Below, one piece after another: positions 1-8,569 of a stretch of DNA of 64,000 nucleotides. The position numbers and the translations under genes are program-made. Position 1 is the stretch's first letter, and each line of letters begins with the position of its first letter. The notes under the pieces are model-generated. The model worked only from the letters and a program-made list of their open reading frames with translations. It was not told the origin of the DNA and ran no database searches. The DNA lies in assembly GCA_963780225.1 (NCBI GenBank), contig CAWAAX010000026.1, positions 96,001 through 160,000 on the forward strand, in the 5' to 3' direction. This DNA is from an uncultured bacterium. Lineage in GTDB: Bacteria > Edwardsbacteria > AC1 > EtOH8.

Positions 1-1314
1 GCCGGCCTGGGCTATATCGCGGCCGACCGCCTGGTTTCGACCCTTTCCGGAGGGGAGTTCCAGCGGCTGCAGCTGTCGTCGCAGATCCGCTCCGGCCTGA
101 CCGGCGTCACCTACGTGCTGGACGAGCCGTCGTTCGGGCTCCATCCGGCGGACGCCGCCCGCATTTCCGGCCTGGTCACGGGCCTTAGGGATGCCGGCAA
201 CACCATCCTGCTGGTGGAGCAGTCCAAAGCGATGCTGGCGGCCTCCGACCGGGTGATCGAACTGGGGCCGGCGGCGGGCCGGGAGGGCGGACGGATCGTG
301 TTCCAGGGCGGGCCCGAATTGCTGGAGGACTTCCGCGGGACGGCCCCGCCAGTTCCGCGCACCGCCCGCGGGCTGCTGCCGGGACTGAAGATCGCCGGCG
401 CCTGCGCCAACAACCTGGACAATGTCTGCCTGGAAATTCCCTCCGGCGGGATGATCGCGGTGACCGGGGTCAGCGGCAGCGGAAAGACCAGCCTGATCTC
501 GGACGTGCTGTGGAGGTCATACTCTGAGAAACGGCCGGTGAACTGCAAGCACATCGAATGGGGCGGGCATTTTGACCAGATGGTGATGGTGGAGCAGGAT
601 GCCCCGCCCCAACCCCAGACGGCCGTACCGGCGGCCTTTCTGGGCATCTTCGATGCGTTCAAGAACCTTTTTGCCGGCGGTAACCAGGCCAGGGAGGCGG
701 GGTTCAAGGCCGGGCATTTTTCATTCCTTTCCAAGGACGGCCGGTGTCCGGAGTGCGGCGGGGCGGGATCTATCCCGGTGTCGCTGGATTACTGGGCCGA
801 TGCTTATGTGACCTGCCACAGCTGCCAGGGGAAGCGCTACCGGCCGGAGATCCTGAAGGTCCTCACCGGCGGGTTGTCGATGGCTGACATACTGGCCCTG
901 CCGCTATCCGCGGCGCGGGAATTTGCCTCCGGACAGATCGCCCCTAAGGAGAGGGCCGGCGTGTTGCAGGCGCTGGACCTGGCCGTAAAGGCGGGGCTGG
1001 GCTATCTTCCGATGGGGCAGCCGCTGTCCACCCTTTCCACCGGGGAGATGCAGAGGTTAAAGCTGGCCGCCGGCCTGGCCGGGGCATCTTTCCGTAAAAG
1101 CCTGTTTCTGCTGGACGAGCCGACCGGCGGGCTCCATCCCGGGGACATTGCCGGGCTGCTGAAATTGTTCGATGAACTGACCGCGGCCGGGGGCACGGTG
1201 CTCTGCATCACCCACGAGCCGATGGTGGTAAGCTGCGCCGACTGGCTGATAGAATTGGGCCCGGGGGCGGGGAAGAGCGGGGGAAGGGTGGTGTATGAGG
1301 GAATGCTTAAGTGA
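1..1314 (+). CDS. uvrA: UvrA-family excinuclease ABC subunit A, C-terminal part (5' end outside window)
   Basis: Frame is open from base 1 (AGLGYI..LSGGEFQRLQL..DEPS). Walker A GVSGSGKT, Zn finger CPECGG..CHSC, second signature LSTGE..DEPTGGLH. Confidence 0.85.
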   Translation, partial: AGLGYIAADRLVSTLSGGEFQRLQLSSQIRSGLTGVTYVLDEPSFGLHPADAARISGLVTGLRDAGNTILLVEQSKAMLAASDRVIELGPAAGREGGRIVFQGGPELLEDFRGTAPPVPRTARGLLPGLKIAGACANNLDNVCLEIPSGGMIAVTGVSGSGKTSLISDVLWRSYSEKRPVNCKHIEWGGHFDQMVMVEQDAPPQPQTAVPAAFLGIFDAFKNLFAGGNQAREAGFKAGHFSFLSKDGRCPECGGAGSIPVSLDYWADAYVTCHSCQGKRYRPEILKVLTGGLSMADILALPLSAAREFASGQIAPKERAGVLQALDLAVKAGLGYLPMGQPLSTLSTGEMQRLKLAAGLAGASFRKSLFLLDEPTGGLHPGDIAGLLKLFDELTAAGGTVLCITHEPMVVSCADWLIELGPGAGKSGGRVVYEGMLK

Positions 1315-1431
1315 TAAGAAGGCTTATAAACTGGAAATCATTAGGATTTGTTTTCTGCCAACTTACTTGTCCGTCACAGGAGGAAATGCCCGTGGTCATG
1401 TCCCTATGGTGCCACCCCCTTGAAAAACGGC

Positions 1432-1460
1432 TTGACAGTAAGCTTAAAATAAAATATAAT
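1432..1460 (+). promoter_or_regulatory. sigma70 promoter of tRNA-Asn
   Basis: TTGACA-17nt-TATAAT, perfect consensus, 9 nt before the tRNA. Confidence 0.9.
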
Positions 1461-1469
1461 TACCCATAT

Positions 1470-1544
1470 TCCAGCGTAGCTCAATGGTAGAGCTCCCGGC
1501 TGTTAACCGGGTTGTTGTAGGTTCGAGCCCTACCGCTGGAGCCA
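1470..1544 (+). tRNA. tRNA-Asn (GTT)
   Basis: Acceptor stem TCCAGCG/CGCTGGA, D arm, anticodon stem CCCGG/CCGGG with loop CTGTTAA, T loop GGTTCGAG, encoded CCA. Confidence 0.97.
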
Positions 1545-1554
1545 GATTGTACTG

Positions 1555-1591
1555 AAAAGCCCTTTAGCATTTATGCTAAAGGGCTTTTTTT
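1555..1591. terminator. Bidirectional intrinsic terminator
   Basis: AAAAGCCCTTTAGCAT/ATGCTAAAGGGCTTTT hairpin followed by a T run, between convergent genes. Confidence 0.85.
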
Positions 1592-1629
1592 CGTTTTGAT
1601 TAAGAAGTTGCTGGTTATCTCAGCCAAGA

Positions 1630-3780
1630 TCACAGGCTCCATAAATAAGAGATTTTGGCGACGATAGTACGATTTTGCAGCGCCAAGTTTCCTAAGGAAT
1701 TATCCCGAACCTCATTATATGCCAAATAAAAGATGCTACCTGGGGCAAAACTCCAGCTTATAAGACCGTTAAAATTATGGCTGTGGTCCGAGGTGTTTTG
1801 CTGGACAAAAACCCTTAAGGCAATGTCCTTGGTAAGTGAGTACTGAAGTCTTTGCCCGGAGGTCAGGTCGACCCGGTGGTATTTCCAGTTTTGGTAATAC
1901 TGCCATACGTTATTGGCGGTAAAGGAAAAAGAAAGATTAGATAAAACATTAAGGCCGGACCATAGCTCTAAAGTGCGGGTGTGGCCAAAATAGTCCCAAT
2001 CGTAATTATAGGCATCGTTTTGGGAGAAATTAAATCCCCCGTTCAGTTTTTTCCTTTCGTCAGAATTGATTCCGGCCCAATAGTTAATGGTTTTATGCCA
2101 AACGCTCTCGATATACCCCCGGTTAATATCCGTTCCTCCCCAAAATCCCCAGGCATTAAGAGTGCTGAACTCGAAATTAAAAGTACAGCCGTCGCCGTAT
2201 TTATCATCACTGTACTGCTTACCTCGGCCATAAAACAATCCGGCCCATAAGGAGCTTATGCCCCTGCTGCTTAAGTCTGGTTTGATTCCTCCCCCCGCCG
2301 CCCAGTTTTTATAACCGGCATCGCTCTGATAGCCGAACTTTTTGATGTAAAAATCCCGGCCGAAATCCTTAATGCCGAAGAACAACTGGTAAAATTTATC
2401 ATCCCAGTTCAGCGAAACATCCCCCAAATTGCCATATAATCCAGAAGCCTGATTTAGGGCCCGGGCAAAAGCTCCGGCCATTTTTAAGCGGCCCGCATTG
2501 ATGTTGGCATCAGCCACGACCACACTACTAACATCACCGGGAATGGTGCGGCTCACGCCAAGCAACCCAATGGTGGAGGATGAAAATATATCCTGGCGCA
2601 GACGTAATACGCTGTAATTAGCATATGGTTCGGTGGCCGGCGTCCCGTAGTCATCATAATCCAATCCCCCGGTCCGGGCTATCATGGCGCCCAAAGTGGT
2701 TCCCAATGATTTACCGGTCAGCTTGCTTCCCCATAAAATGGGCACCAACTGCCCATCGGGTAATTTTTTCCCGATCCTCCGCGAGTAAAATGGCTTCCAG
2801 GTAGGTCCGGTACTGAAATTAGAGAGCCTGGCGGCATTGAAAAGGTCGGCTCTTTCAATGAAGAACGGCCTGCGCTCAGGCAGGTAGGTCTCATACTTGG
2901 AAAGATTGATGTTCTGGGGATCGGCTTCTATCTGGGCAAAATCGGGGTTAAGGGTAATATCCCAGGCCATATTGGTAGTGGGCGCCCATTTGGCATCCAA
3001 TCCTAGCTTTCCTTCGGAAATTCTTTGATCTGAAAAATTTTCGATTCTTCCCAGGCCGTAAGGCAAAATCTCCAGGTTGCGCCCGGGTTTTATTCCGGAT
3101 AGCCCGCACAGTTTTCCGCATTTGGAGATCCGGGGGTAGCCTTCTTGTTTAGTGACCGGTTGCCAATACGACACTTCGTTGTGATTGGCAATGTACCTGC
3201 CAAAGTTGATGCCCCAGGTTTGATTGTCGCAGTCGGCGAAACGAAGGTTTTTAAAAGGAACGGCCAACTCGGCGGTCCATCCGCAGGTATCTGTTTTAAC
3301 TGCCGAAGACCAAACGCCGTTCCAGCTCAGGTCACTGTTTGCGCCGTCTTCCGAAAGATAAGCATCTCCCTGAATGCCTTTGGGATTGATGAACAGCTTG
3401 TAAGCCCCGCGTTTGTCATTGTAGGTGTCCAGCAGGATAACCACTATATCCCCGTAATCGCCATCCTCCCGGGGAATAAGTTTGGCGGATATTCCGTCGG
3501 GATGTTTGTCCTGGCAGCAAAAGGCAAAATACAGATATTCGTGGTCATAACAAACCCTTATGGCAGTTGACTCGATTGAGGGCTGTCCTTCTGCAGGTGT
3601 TTTTTGGATGAAGCCGGAAGCCGAAGCCAACCCCTTCCAGCAAATATCCGATAGATCCCCATCAATGATAGGAGCCTGTTCAATCAAGACGGCCTGAAGG
3701 GATTGACATTCTGGCTGTAAATTTTGAGCCGGGCAAATAGAGGTTGTTATCAGGCAAAGAGCCAGAAAAAATATCTTCAT
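1630..3780 (-). CDS. Secreted/outer-membrane protein, CBM9-like domain + DUF5916
   Basis: Signal peptide; IDGDLSD..W and WTAELAVPF CBM9-like motifs; LNPDFAQIEAD and ERRPFF motifs; beta-barrel-like C-terminus. Confidence 0.75.
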   Translation of the reverse strand: MKIFFLALCLITTSICPAQNLQPECQSLQAVLIEQAPIIDGDLSDICWKGLASASGFIQKTPAEGQPSIESTAIRVCYDHEYLYFAFCCQDKHPDGISAKLIPREDGDYGDIVVILLDTYNDKRGAYKLFINPKGIQGDAYLSEDGANSDLSWNGVWSSAVKTDTCGWTAELAVPFKNLRFADCDNQTWGINFGRYIANHNEVSYWQPVTKQEGYPRISKCGKLCGLSGIKPGRNLEILPYGLGRIENFSDQRISEGKLGLDAKWAPTTNMAWDITLNPDFAQIEADPQNINLSKYETYLPERRPFFIERADLFNAARLSNFSTGPTWKPFYSRRIGKKLPDGQLVPILWGSKLTGKSLGTTLGAMIARTGGLDYDDYGTPATEPYANYSVLRLRQDIFSSSTIGLLGVSRTIPGDVSSVVVADANINAGRLKMAGAFARALNQASGLYGNLGDVSLNWDDKFYQLFFGIKDFGRDFYIKKFGYQSDAGYKNWAAGGGIKPDLSSRGISSLWAGLFYGRGKQYSDDKYGDGCTFNFEFSTLNAWGFWGGTDINRGYIESVWHKTINYWAGINSDERKKLNGGFNFSQNDAYNYDWDYFGHTRTLELWSGLNVLSNLSFSFTANNVWQYYQNWKYHRVDLTSGQRLQYSLTKDIALRVFVQQNTSDHSHNFNGLISWSFAPGSIFYLAYNEVRDNSLGNLALQNRTIVAKISYLWSL

Positions 3781-3877
3781 GGTATTTGATAGGGTTAGGT
3801 AATAATAGTGCTTGTTAGATAATTGTATAGAACATTGTATAAATGCCTGAGGGTTAACTATTATTTAGGTGCCAAGG

Positions 3878-4282
3878 CTATTCCACGTAAACTTCCACCT
3901 TCTGGCCGGACTCGTCATTCTCCACATCCACCATCTTGTACTGCCCGTTGACCGCGAACTGGTCGAACAGTTTCTCGATGTCCTCAAAGCTTTCGGCGTT
4001 CAGCTTTATTCCCTTGGATTCCATCTGAGCCTTGGCCTCATCGGGCATCATCATGGAGAATTTGCCGCCCAGGCTGCCGGCTATCTTCAGCAGTGTCAGG
4101 GGGACGGTCACCCGGATCTTCGGTTTGTCCGTTCCTTTATCAAAGACCCGGACCTTAAGCCAGCGGGGCTTGCCGTTGGTTCCGCCGGGGTTGTCCATGG
4201 CGGCCATAAGTTTGGCGGCCTCTTCGGCGGAGATCTTCTTGTCCTCCACCATTTTCAATATGCGCAGTCTGTCTTCTGACAT
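3878..4282 (-). CDS. SHOCT-like domain protein of the DUF2089 operon
   Basis: N-terminal RLRILKMVEDKKISAEEAAKLM motif; AGGAG RBS. Confidence 0.7.
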   Translation of the reverse strand: MSEDRLRILKMVEDKKISAEEAAKLMAAMDNPGGTNGKPRWLKVRVFDKGTDKPKIRVTVPLTLLKIAGSLGGKFSMMMPDEAKAQMESKGIKLNAESFEDIEKLFDQFAVNGQYKMVDVENDESGQKVEVYVE

Positions 4283-4346
4283 GTTTCTTTCTCCTTTTAC
4301 TTCTACGGTTGGCCGGGGTGGGTTTTAAACCCACCCTTACAATATA

Positions 4347-4661
4347 CTACAGGTTCTTCAGTCTCTGGGCGGCCTCCTCGGCCGACATCTGACCGCTTTC
4401 CACCGCCTTCAGGATCTGCTCCCGGGACTGCTTGTCGCCCTCGCTCTCCAGCACCGAGCCGTTGGTCTTGGACTTGCGCCAGGCAAAGGAGTCAATCACC
4501 TTCATTACTCCCCAGGCGATGATCAATATCGGCCAGTCCCGGGAGAAGGAGAAGTTGAAAGAGTACAGCCCGTAGTTGGAAAGCAGCAGCAGGGCGCCCA
4601 AGGCGATCCAGAACAAAGCCCACAGGATCTTGCGTGGGCGGTTTTGGTAATAAACGAACAT
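4347..4661 (-). CDS. LiaF/DUF5668-like two-TM protein with C-terminal SHOCT-like motif
   Basis: Two TM helices with a DWP motif; C-terminal REQILKAVESGQMSAEEAAQRL; GGAGG RBS. Confidence 0.7.
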   Translation of the reverse strand: MFVYYQNRPRKILWALFWIALGALLLLSNYGLYSFNFSFSRDWPILIIAWGVMKVIDSFAWRKSKTNGSVLESEGDKQSREQILKAVESGQMSAEEAAQRLKNL

Positions 4662-4785
4662 TTGACCTCCTTGTTATATTTGGTTTTAAGTAACTATTAA
4701 GCCACAAAGACACTAAGGCACTAAGCCAAATCGTGAATTGTAATTATTTGTGTCTTGGTGCCTTGGTGGTAGAAAAGAAACTGTT

Positions 4786-4965
4786 TTAAATTGAATCGAT
4801 CAGCTTGGACAGACCGATCACGATGAATATCACCGGCCAGTCCAGCTTCAATGAAACGGTAAAGGGCAGTACCTGGTGATTGGCCAGCAGGCTGACGACG
4901 CCCAAGGCGATGAAAACTCCGGCCCACAGGATCTTGCGCAGAACTTTGCTGGTGGATTTTTCCAT
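4786..4965 (-). CDS. 59-aa DUF5668-like membrane protein (missing from ORF track)
   Basis: MEKSTSKVLRKILWAGVFIALGVVSLLANHQVLPFTVSLKLDWPVIFIVIGLSKLIDSI; clear paralogue of the N-terminus of 4347-4661; GAGAGG RBS. Confidence 0.75.
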   Translation of the reverse strand: MEKSTSKVLRKILWAGVFIALGVVSLLANHQVLPFTVSLKLDWPVIFIVIGLSKLIDSI

Positions 4966-4990
4966 TTTCTTTCCTCTCTATGTTTAACTG

Positions 4991-6142
4991 TTATGATATT
5001 GTTATGTCGCCGCTGACCGTCTTGATTGACAGATCTCCTTTGCCTTCGCTAAGCTTCCCCGATAAACTGCGGTTGCTTTGCCGGAGATCTTTCAGTTCCA
5101 GCTCGCAGTCAATGTCCCCGCTGACGGTAACGGCCTCGATGGCCGCCGAGGAATCAGCGCCAAGTTCCAAGGATACGTCCCCCGAGACGGTGGTTATGGC
5201 CGCGGAGCTGCCTTCAGCCACCGGACCCTGGAACTGGATGTCGCCGCTGGTGCTGCGGATCGTTATCTCGCCAAACCTGGCGGCCTTGATGTCGATGTCT
5301 CCGCTGACCGTCTGCCCCTGAATGTTTCCCGACAGGGAGATGCCGGCGTCCCCGCTGATGGTCTGGAAGGACAGGTCGCCGGAACAGCCGTTGACCCCGA
5401 TGTCGCCGCTGGCGGTGTTGATCTTCAGGGATGTTTCAGCGCAGCCGTTGACTTCGACATCGCCGGAGGCGGAGGAGAGGTTGTTTTCACCCCGGCATCC
5501 AAATATCTCGATCTCTCCCGAGGCGGTGTTGAGCCGGCAGCCATTGAGCAGGTTCTGGACCGAAATCTCTCCGCTGGCCGAGGATATCTCGGCGGCAATG
5601 TTTTTCGGCATCACAATGGTGAAGTCGACCTTGGCCCGGCGCTTCTTGGTCCAGGGGGGGCCGTCCACCTTGATCTTCAAAACCCCATTCTCGGTTTCGG
5701 TGCTGATGTCCAGGGATTTGAGTTTTTCCCTGGCTTCGTTCCGGTCCTCGGCCCAGACCTGGATGTCGGCCGTGATGGTGATCTGGTCTGTCTCGGCGCC
5801 TACGATCTCAAAATCGCTGCGGGGCTGGTTGATGGACAGGCATGTGATCCCGGCGGCAGGCACTACGATCTCTTTTTCCTCTTCGGCCTTTTCCGAGCCG
5901 TGGATATCATCGATTTCTATGTGAATGTCCTTCAGGCTTTCCCGGACCCCGGCCATGGCTTCGGCCACTATCCTTCCGGGGTTTATCTGGCCCAGGGTTT
6001 CGTGCAGGTCAGAAGCATCCTGCCAGTGGTGGTGACGGTTTGGGTTTCCCTTGTTCAAGGCCGAGAGCAGGGAGTCGGCTTCCTTGGAGCTGATCCTGCC
6101 GCCTTCCAGCATCTTCAGTATTTTGATGGTTTCTTCGGACAT
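4991..6142 (-). CDS. DUF4097 (toast-rack/LiaG-like) beta-repeat protein with N-terminal SHOCT-like motif
   Basis: Repeated T(A/V)SGDI beta-solenoid motifs; N-terminal EETIKILKMLEGGRISSKEA. Confidence 0.8.
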   Translation of the reverse strand: MSEETIKILKMLEGGRISSKEADSLLSALNKGNPNRHHHWQDASDLHETLGQINPGRIVAEAMAGVRESLKDIHIEIDDIHGSEKAEEEKEIVVPAAGITCLSINQPRSDFEIVGAETDQITITADIQVWAEDRNEAREKLKSLDISTETENGVLKIKVDGPPWTKKRRAKVDFTIVMPKNIAAEISSASGEISVQNLLNGCRLNTASGEIEIFGCRGENNLSSASGDVEVNGCAETSLKINTASGDIGVNGCSGDLSFQTISGDAGISLSGNIQGQTVSGDIDIKAARFGEITIRSTSGDIQFQGPVAEGSSAAITTVSGDVSLELGADSSAAIEAVTVSGDIDCELELKDLRQSNRSLSGKLSEGKGDLSIKTVSGDITIS

Positions 6143-6270
6143 GGTGGCCTCCTTTTTATTGGTCGGGGCAATTCATCCTACTACGCCAGCTTTAGTGGCT
6201 ACGTCGGACGAGTGAATTGCCCTTACGTTTACTTGATGGGGCGGTGTTACTACCTGCCCTTACTGTTATC

Positions 6271-6636
6271 TTACGATCCGGCCTGGTCCAGCAGCTCCAC
6301 CGCCTGGGCGGCGCTGATCTTTCCCGCTTCCAACGACTCCAGCACCTCCGAACGGCTCATTACCGGGGTTGCCTGCCCGGACAGGGCGGCGATGGCGTCA
6401 TCCAGCTTGTTGCGGACGGTGGGGTAGGATATGCCCAGCCGGCTTTCCACTTCCTTGATGTTGCCCCGGGACAGGACGAAGGTCCTGATGAAGTCCAGCT
6501 GGTCTTCGCTAAGGCTGCCAAGAGGGGACAGGGGGAACTCGCCCTGGACGGTGGTGTCGCAGCTGGAGCACCTTAGTTCCGAGATGTGCATGGAGCCCTG
6601 GCAGGCCGGGCAGGTATTGGGTGTTTGTTTGGGCAT
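6271..6636 (-). CDS. DUF2089-family Zn-ribbon HTH regulator
   Basis: CPAC..CSSC Zn ribbon; GNIKEVE..LGISYPTVRNKLD HTH; C-terminal SHOCT-like motif. Confidence 0.85.
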   Translation of the reverse strand: MPKQTPNTCPACQGSMHISELRCSSCDTTVQGEFPLSPLGSLSEDQLDFIRTFVLSRGNIKEVESRLGISYPTVRNKLDDAIAALSGQATPVMSRSEVLESLEAGKISAAQAVELLDQAGS

Positions 6637-6696
6637 GGGGCAAATCCTTTGTGGATCGTTAGATCATTTTGTTAAGATTTGAGAAAGGACGGGTTT

Positions 6697-6831
6697 TTAT
6701 TGGACAAAATTTTGGCCGGGCAGGTTAAGGTAGCGGCAGATCATTCCTTCCCAAAACAGGATCCTTAGAGCCCTGGATCTTTCTGGGCTGAGTCCGTTTT
6801 CGGATTCAATAATATTCCACACGCTTTTCAT
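6697..6831 (-). CDS. 44-aa leader/small ORF (missing from ORF track)
   Basis: MKSVWNIIESENGLSPERSRALRILFWEGMICRYLNLPGQNFVQ with AGGAGGT RBS, directly after a consensus promoter. Confidence 0.55.
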   Translation of the reverse strand: MKSVWNIIESENGLSPERSRALRILFWEGMICRYLNLPGQNFVQ

Positions 6832-6874
6832 TTATTTTACCTCCTAAATAAAGGGTTATTTTTTGATTGTTTAT

Positions 6875-6903
6875 ATTATACCAAAAAATGTTAAAAATGT
6901 CAA
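6875..6903 (-). promoter_or_regulatory. sigma70 promoter of the DUF2089 operon
   Basis: TTGACA-17nt-TATAAT on the minus strand. Confidence 0.85.
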
Positions 6904-6953
6904 GTAGTAAATTAATAATATTAATAAATAAATTAATAATGTTAATATGCATT

Positions 6954-6980
6954 AAAAAACGACCCAAAGGGTCGTTTTTT
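6954..6980. terminator. Intrinsic terminator downstream of the ROK gene
   Basis: AAAAAACGACCC/GGGTCGTTTTTT hairpin. Confidence 0.8.
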
Positions 6981-7060
6981 AATCAAGACTGATTATTAAT
7001 CTTTGATCTGTTCTAACTAGTTTAACAAATTGAAGTTAGACCTTTGCTTATTCCTTGAGG

Positions 7061-8014
7061 TTAAATCTTTTTTGTCAGTAGCGCGGCTCCGATGGCCCCG
7101 GCCCAGGGTCCCAGTCTGGCCGGTTTCACTTTTATTCCAAGGACATTGAAGGGCATGGCCCGTCGTTTCATTTCCTTAATGGCTGGGTCCAAAATATATT
7201 TGCCGGCCTGGGCCACCCCGCCGCCGATTACGATGGCTTGGGGATTGAAGATGTTGGCGTAGTTGGCCAGACCCACCCCCAGCAGGGTTCCGGTTTCCAT
7301 CAGTGCCTTTATCGCGGCCGTCTCGCCTTTTTTTGCCCGGCCTGATATCTGGGCCACGCTCAATGCTGTATTCTGTATTCTATATTCTGTATTCCTGGAG
7401 CGGTAACGCTCAATGATGGCTCCGGCTCCCACCATGGCCTCCAAACATCCCTTGTTCCCGCAGAGGCAGCGCGGTCCGTCGTATTTTATGCTGGTGTGCC
7501 CCAGCTCCCCGGCGCCGCCGGTGGAACCGCGGTAAAGCTTCCCGTCAAGCACCAGGCCGCCGCCCACCCCGGTGCCCAGGGTCAGGCCCACCACATTCTG
7601 AAAACCTTTGGCTGCCCCGCAAAAAGTCTCGGCCAGCACAAAGCAGTTGGCGTCGTTGTCTATGGCCAGGGGGATCCTCAAGCCCGGCAGTTCCTTTTTA
7701 AGCAGGCGCTCCAAGGGCACCGCTCCCTGCCAGCCGGGAAGGTTGGGGGAGTTGCGCACGGTTCCCCTGTTCACCAGCCCGGCCGAGCCCAGCCCGATGG
7801 CGGCCACGCCGATGTTCTTGGATCCGGCAACCCTCAGCAAATAGTCGATCTCTCCGGCCAGGATCTTGACCACCGCCACGGAGCCCAGATGGGCCAGGGT
7901 GGGGATCTGTCTTTTGACGATGACCTTCAGCGACCGGGCATCAAGCAAAACCGATTTGATGTTGGTGCCTCCGAGGTCAAGACCCATTAAGGCGGGTATC
8001 ATAAGCTTCTCCAT
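7061..8014 (-). CDS. ROK-family sugar kinase (glucokinase-like)
   Basis: DLGGT, NDAN, LGTGVGGG, GELGH and CLCGNKGCLE motifs. Confidence 0.9.
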   Translation of the reverse strand: MEKLMIPALMGLDLGGTNIKSVLLDARSLKVIVKRQIPTLAHLGSVAVVKILAGEIDYLLRVAGSKNIGVAAIGLGSAGLVNRGTVRNSPNLPGWQGAVPLERLLKKELPGLRIPLAIDNDANCFVLAETFCGAAKGFQNVVGLTLGTGVGGGLVLDGKLYRGSTGGAGELGHTSIKYDGPRCLCGNKGCLEAMVGAGAIIERYRSRNTEYRIQNTALSVAQISGRAKKGETAAIKALMETGTLLGVGLANYANIFNPQAIVIGGGVAQAGKYILDPAIKEMKRRAMPFNVLGIKVKPARLGPWAGAIGAALLTKKI

Positions 8015-8257
8015 TCCGATAAAACAAACTATAAGGAAGCCATGAAGGACAGGAAAATATTTTTCATGCTTTCCTGGTTTCCTAATAAATCCCAGTCTTT
8101 AAGGTAGCTAAAAGAATAGCATAAAACCAACATTTTAGCAAGGCGGTCGGATGCCGCTTCAATGCTATTTCTGAAATGGCAGGCATCCAGGGCCATTACT
8201 GATGAAAAACAAGAGAACCTGGTCTGCTTAAAACACTCTTTCCACCTGTATTTTTTG

Positions 8258-8286
8258 TTGACTTTACAAATATTAACAGGTAAAAT
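8258..8286 (+). promoter_or_regulatory. Probable valS promoter
   Basis: TTGACT-17nt-TAAAAT. Confidence 0.65.
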
Positions 8287-8320
8287 AAAAGCAAATATTC
8301 AGGTCTTGATTGTTGACGAT

Positions 8321-8516
8321 ATTGCCACGACCTTCAGGTCGTGGCAGGAAGTTCGCCTGCGGCGGACAGGGGGCTTCAGCCCCAGAGAGGCAGCGAAAGA
8401 GATTATAATGCGTAGAATATGGATTTACTGTCTCCACCGCAGGCGGACAAGCGGGGTTGAAACCCCAAGAGATTCTTTCTGATCCTTCAGCCACCCCGAT
8501 GTATCGGGGTGGCAAT
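8321..8516. repeat. Composite four-hairpin REP/MITE-like element
   Basis: Termini ATTGCCAC..GTGGCAAT; internal palindromes; homologous in inverse orientation to 46998-47127. Confidence 0.7.
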
Positions 8517-8569
8517 GGAAATAGAAGCATTAGTGTAAAATCAGAAACCACAATAACATAAAAGGCACT

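Noticed and set aside
1470..3800. tRNA-anchored genomic island
   Set aside because: No integrase, and I found no repeat of the tRNA 3' end in the window.
8290..8569. T-box riboswitch before valS
   Set aside because: No T-box consensus (AGGGTGGNACCGCG) or terminator; the region is explained by the composite repeat.
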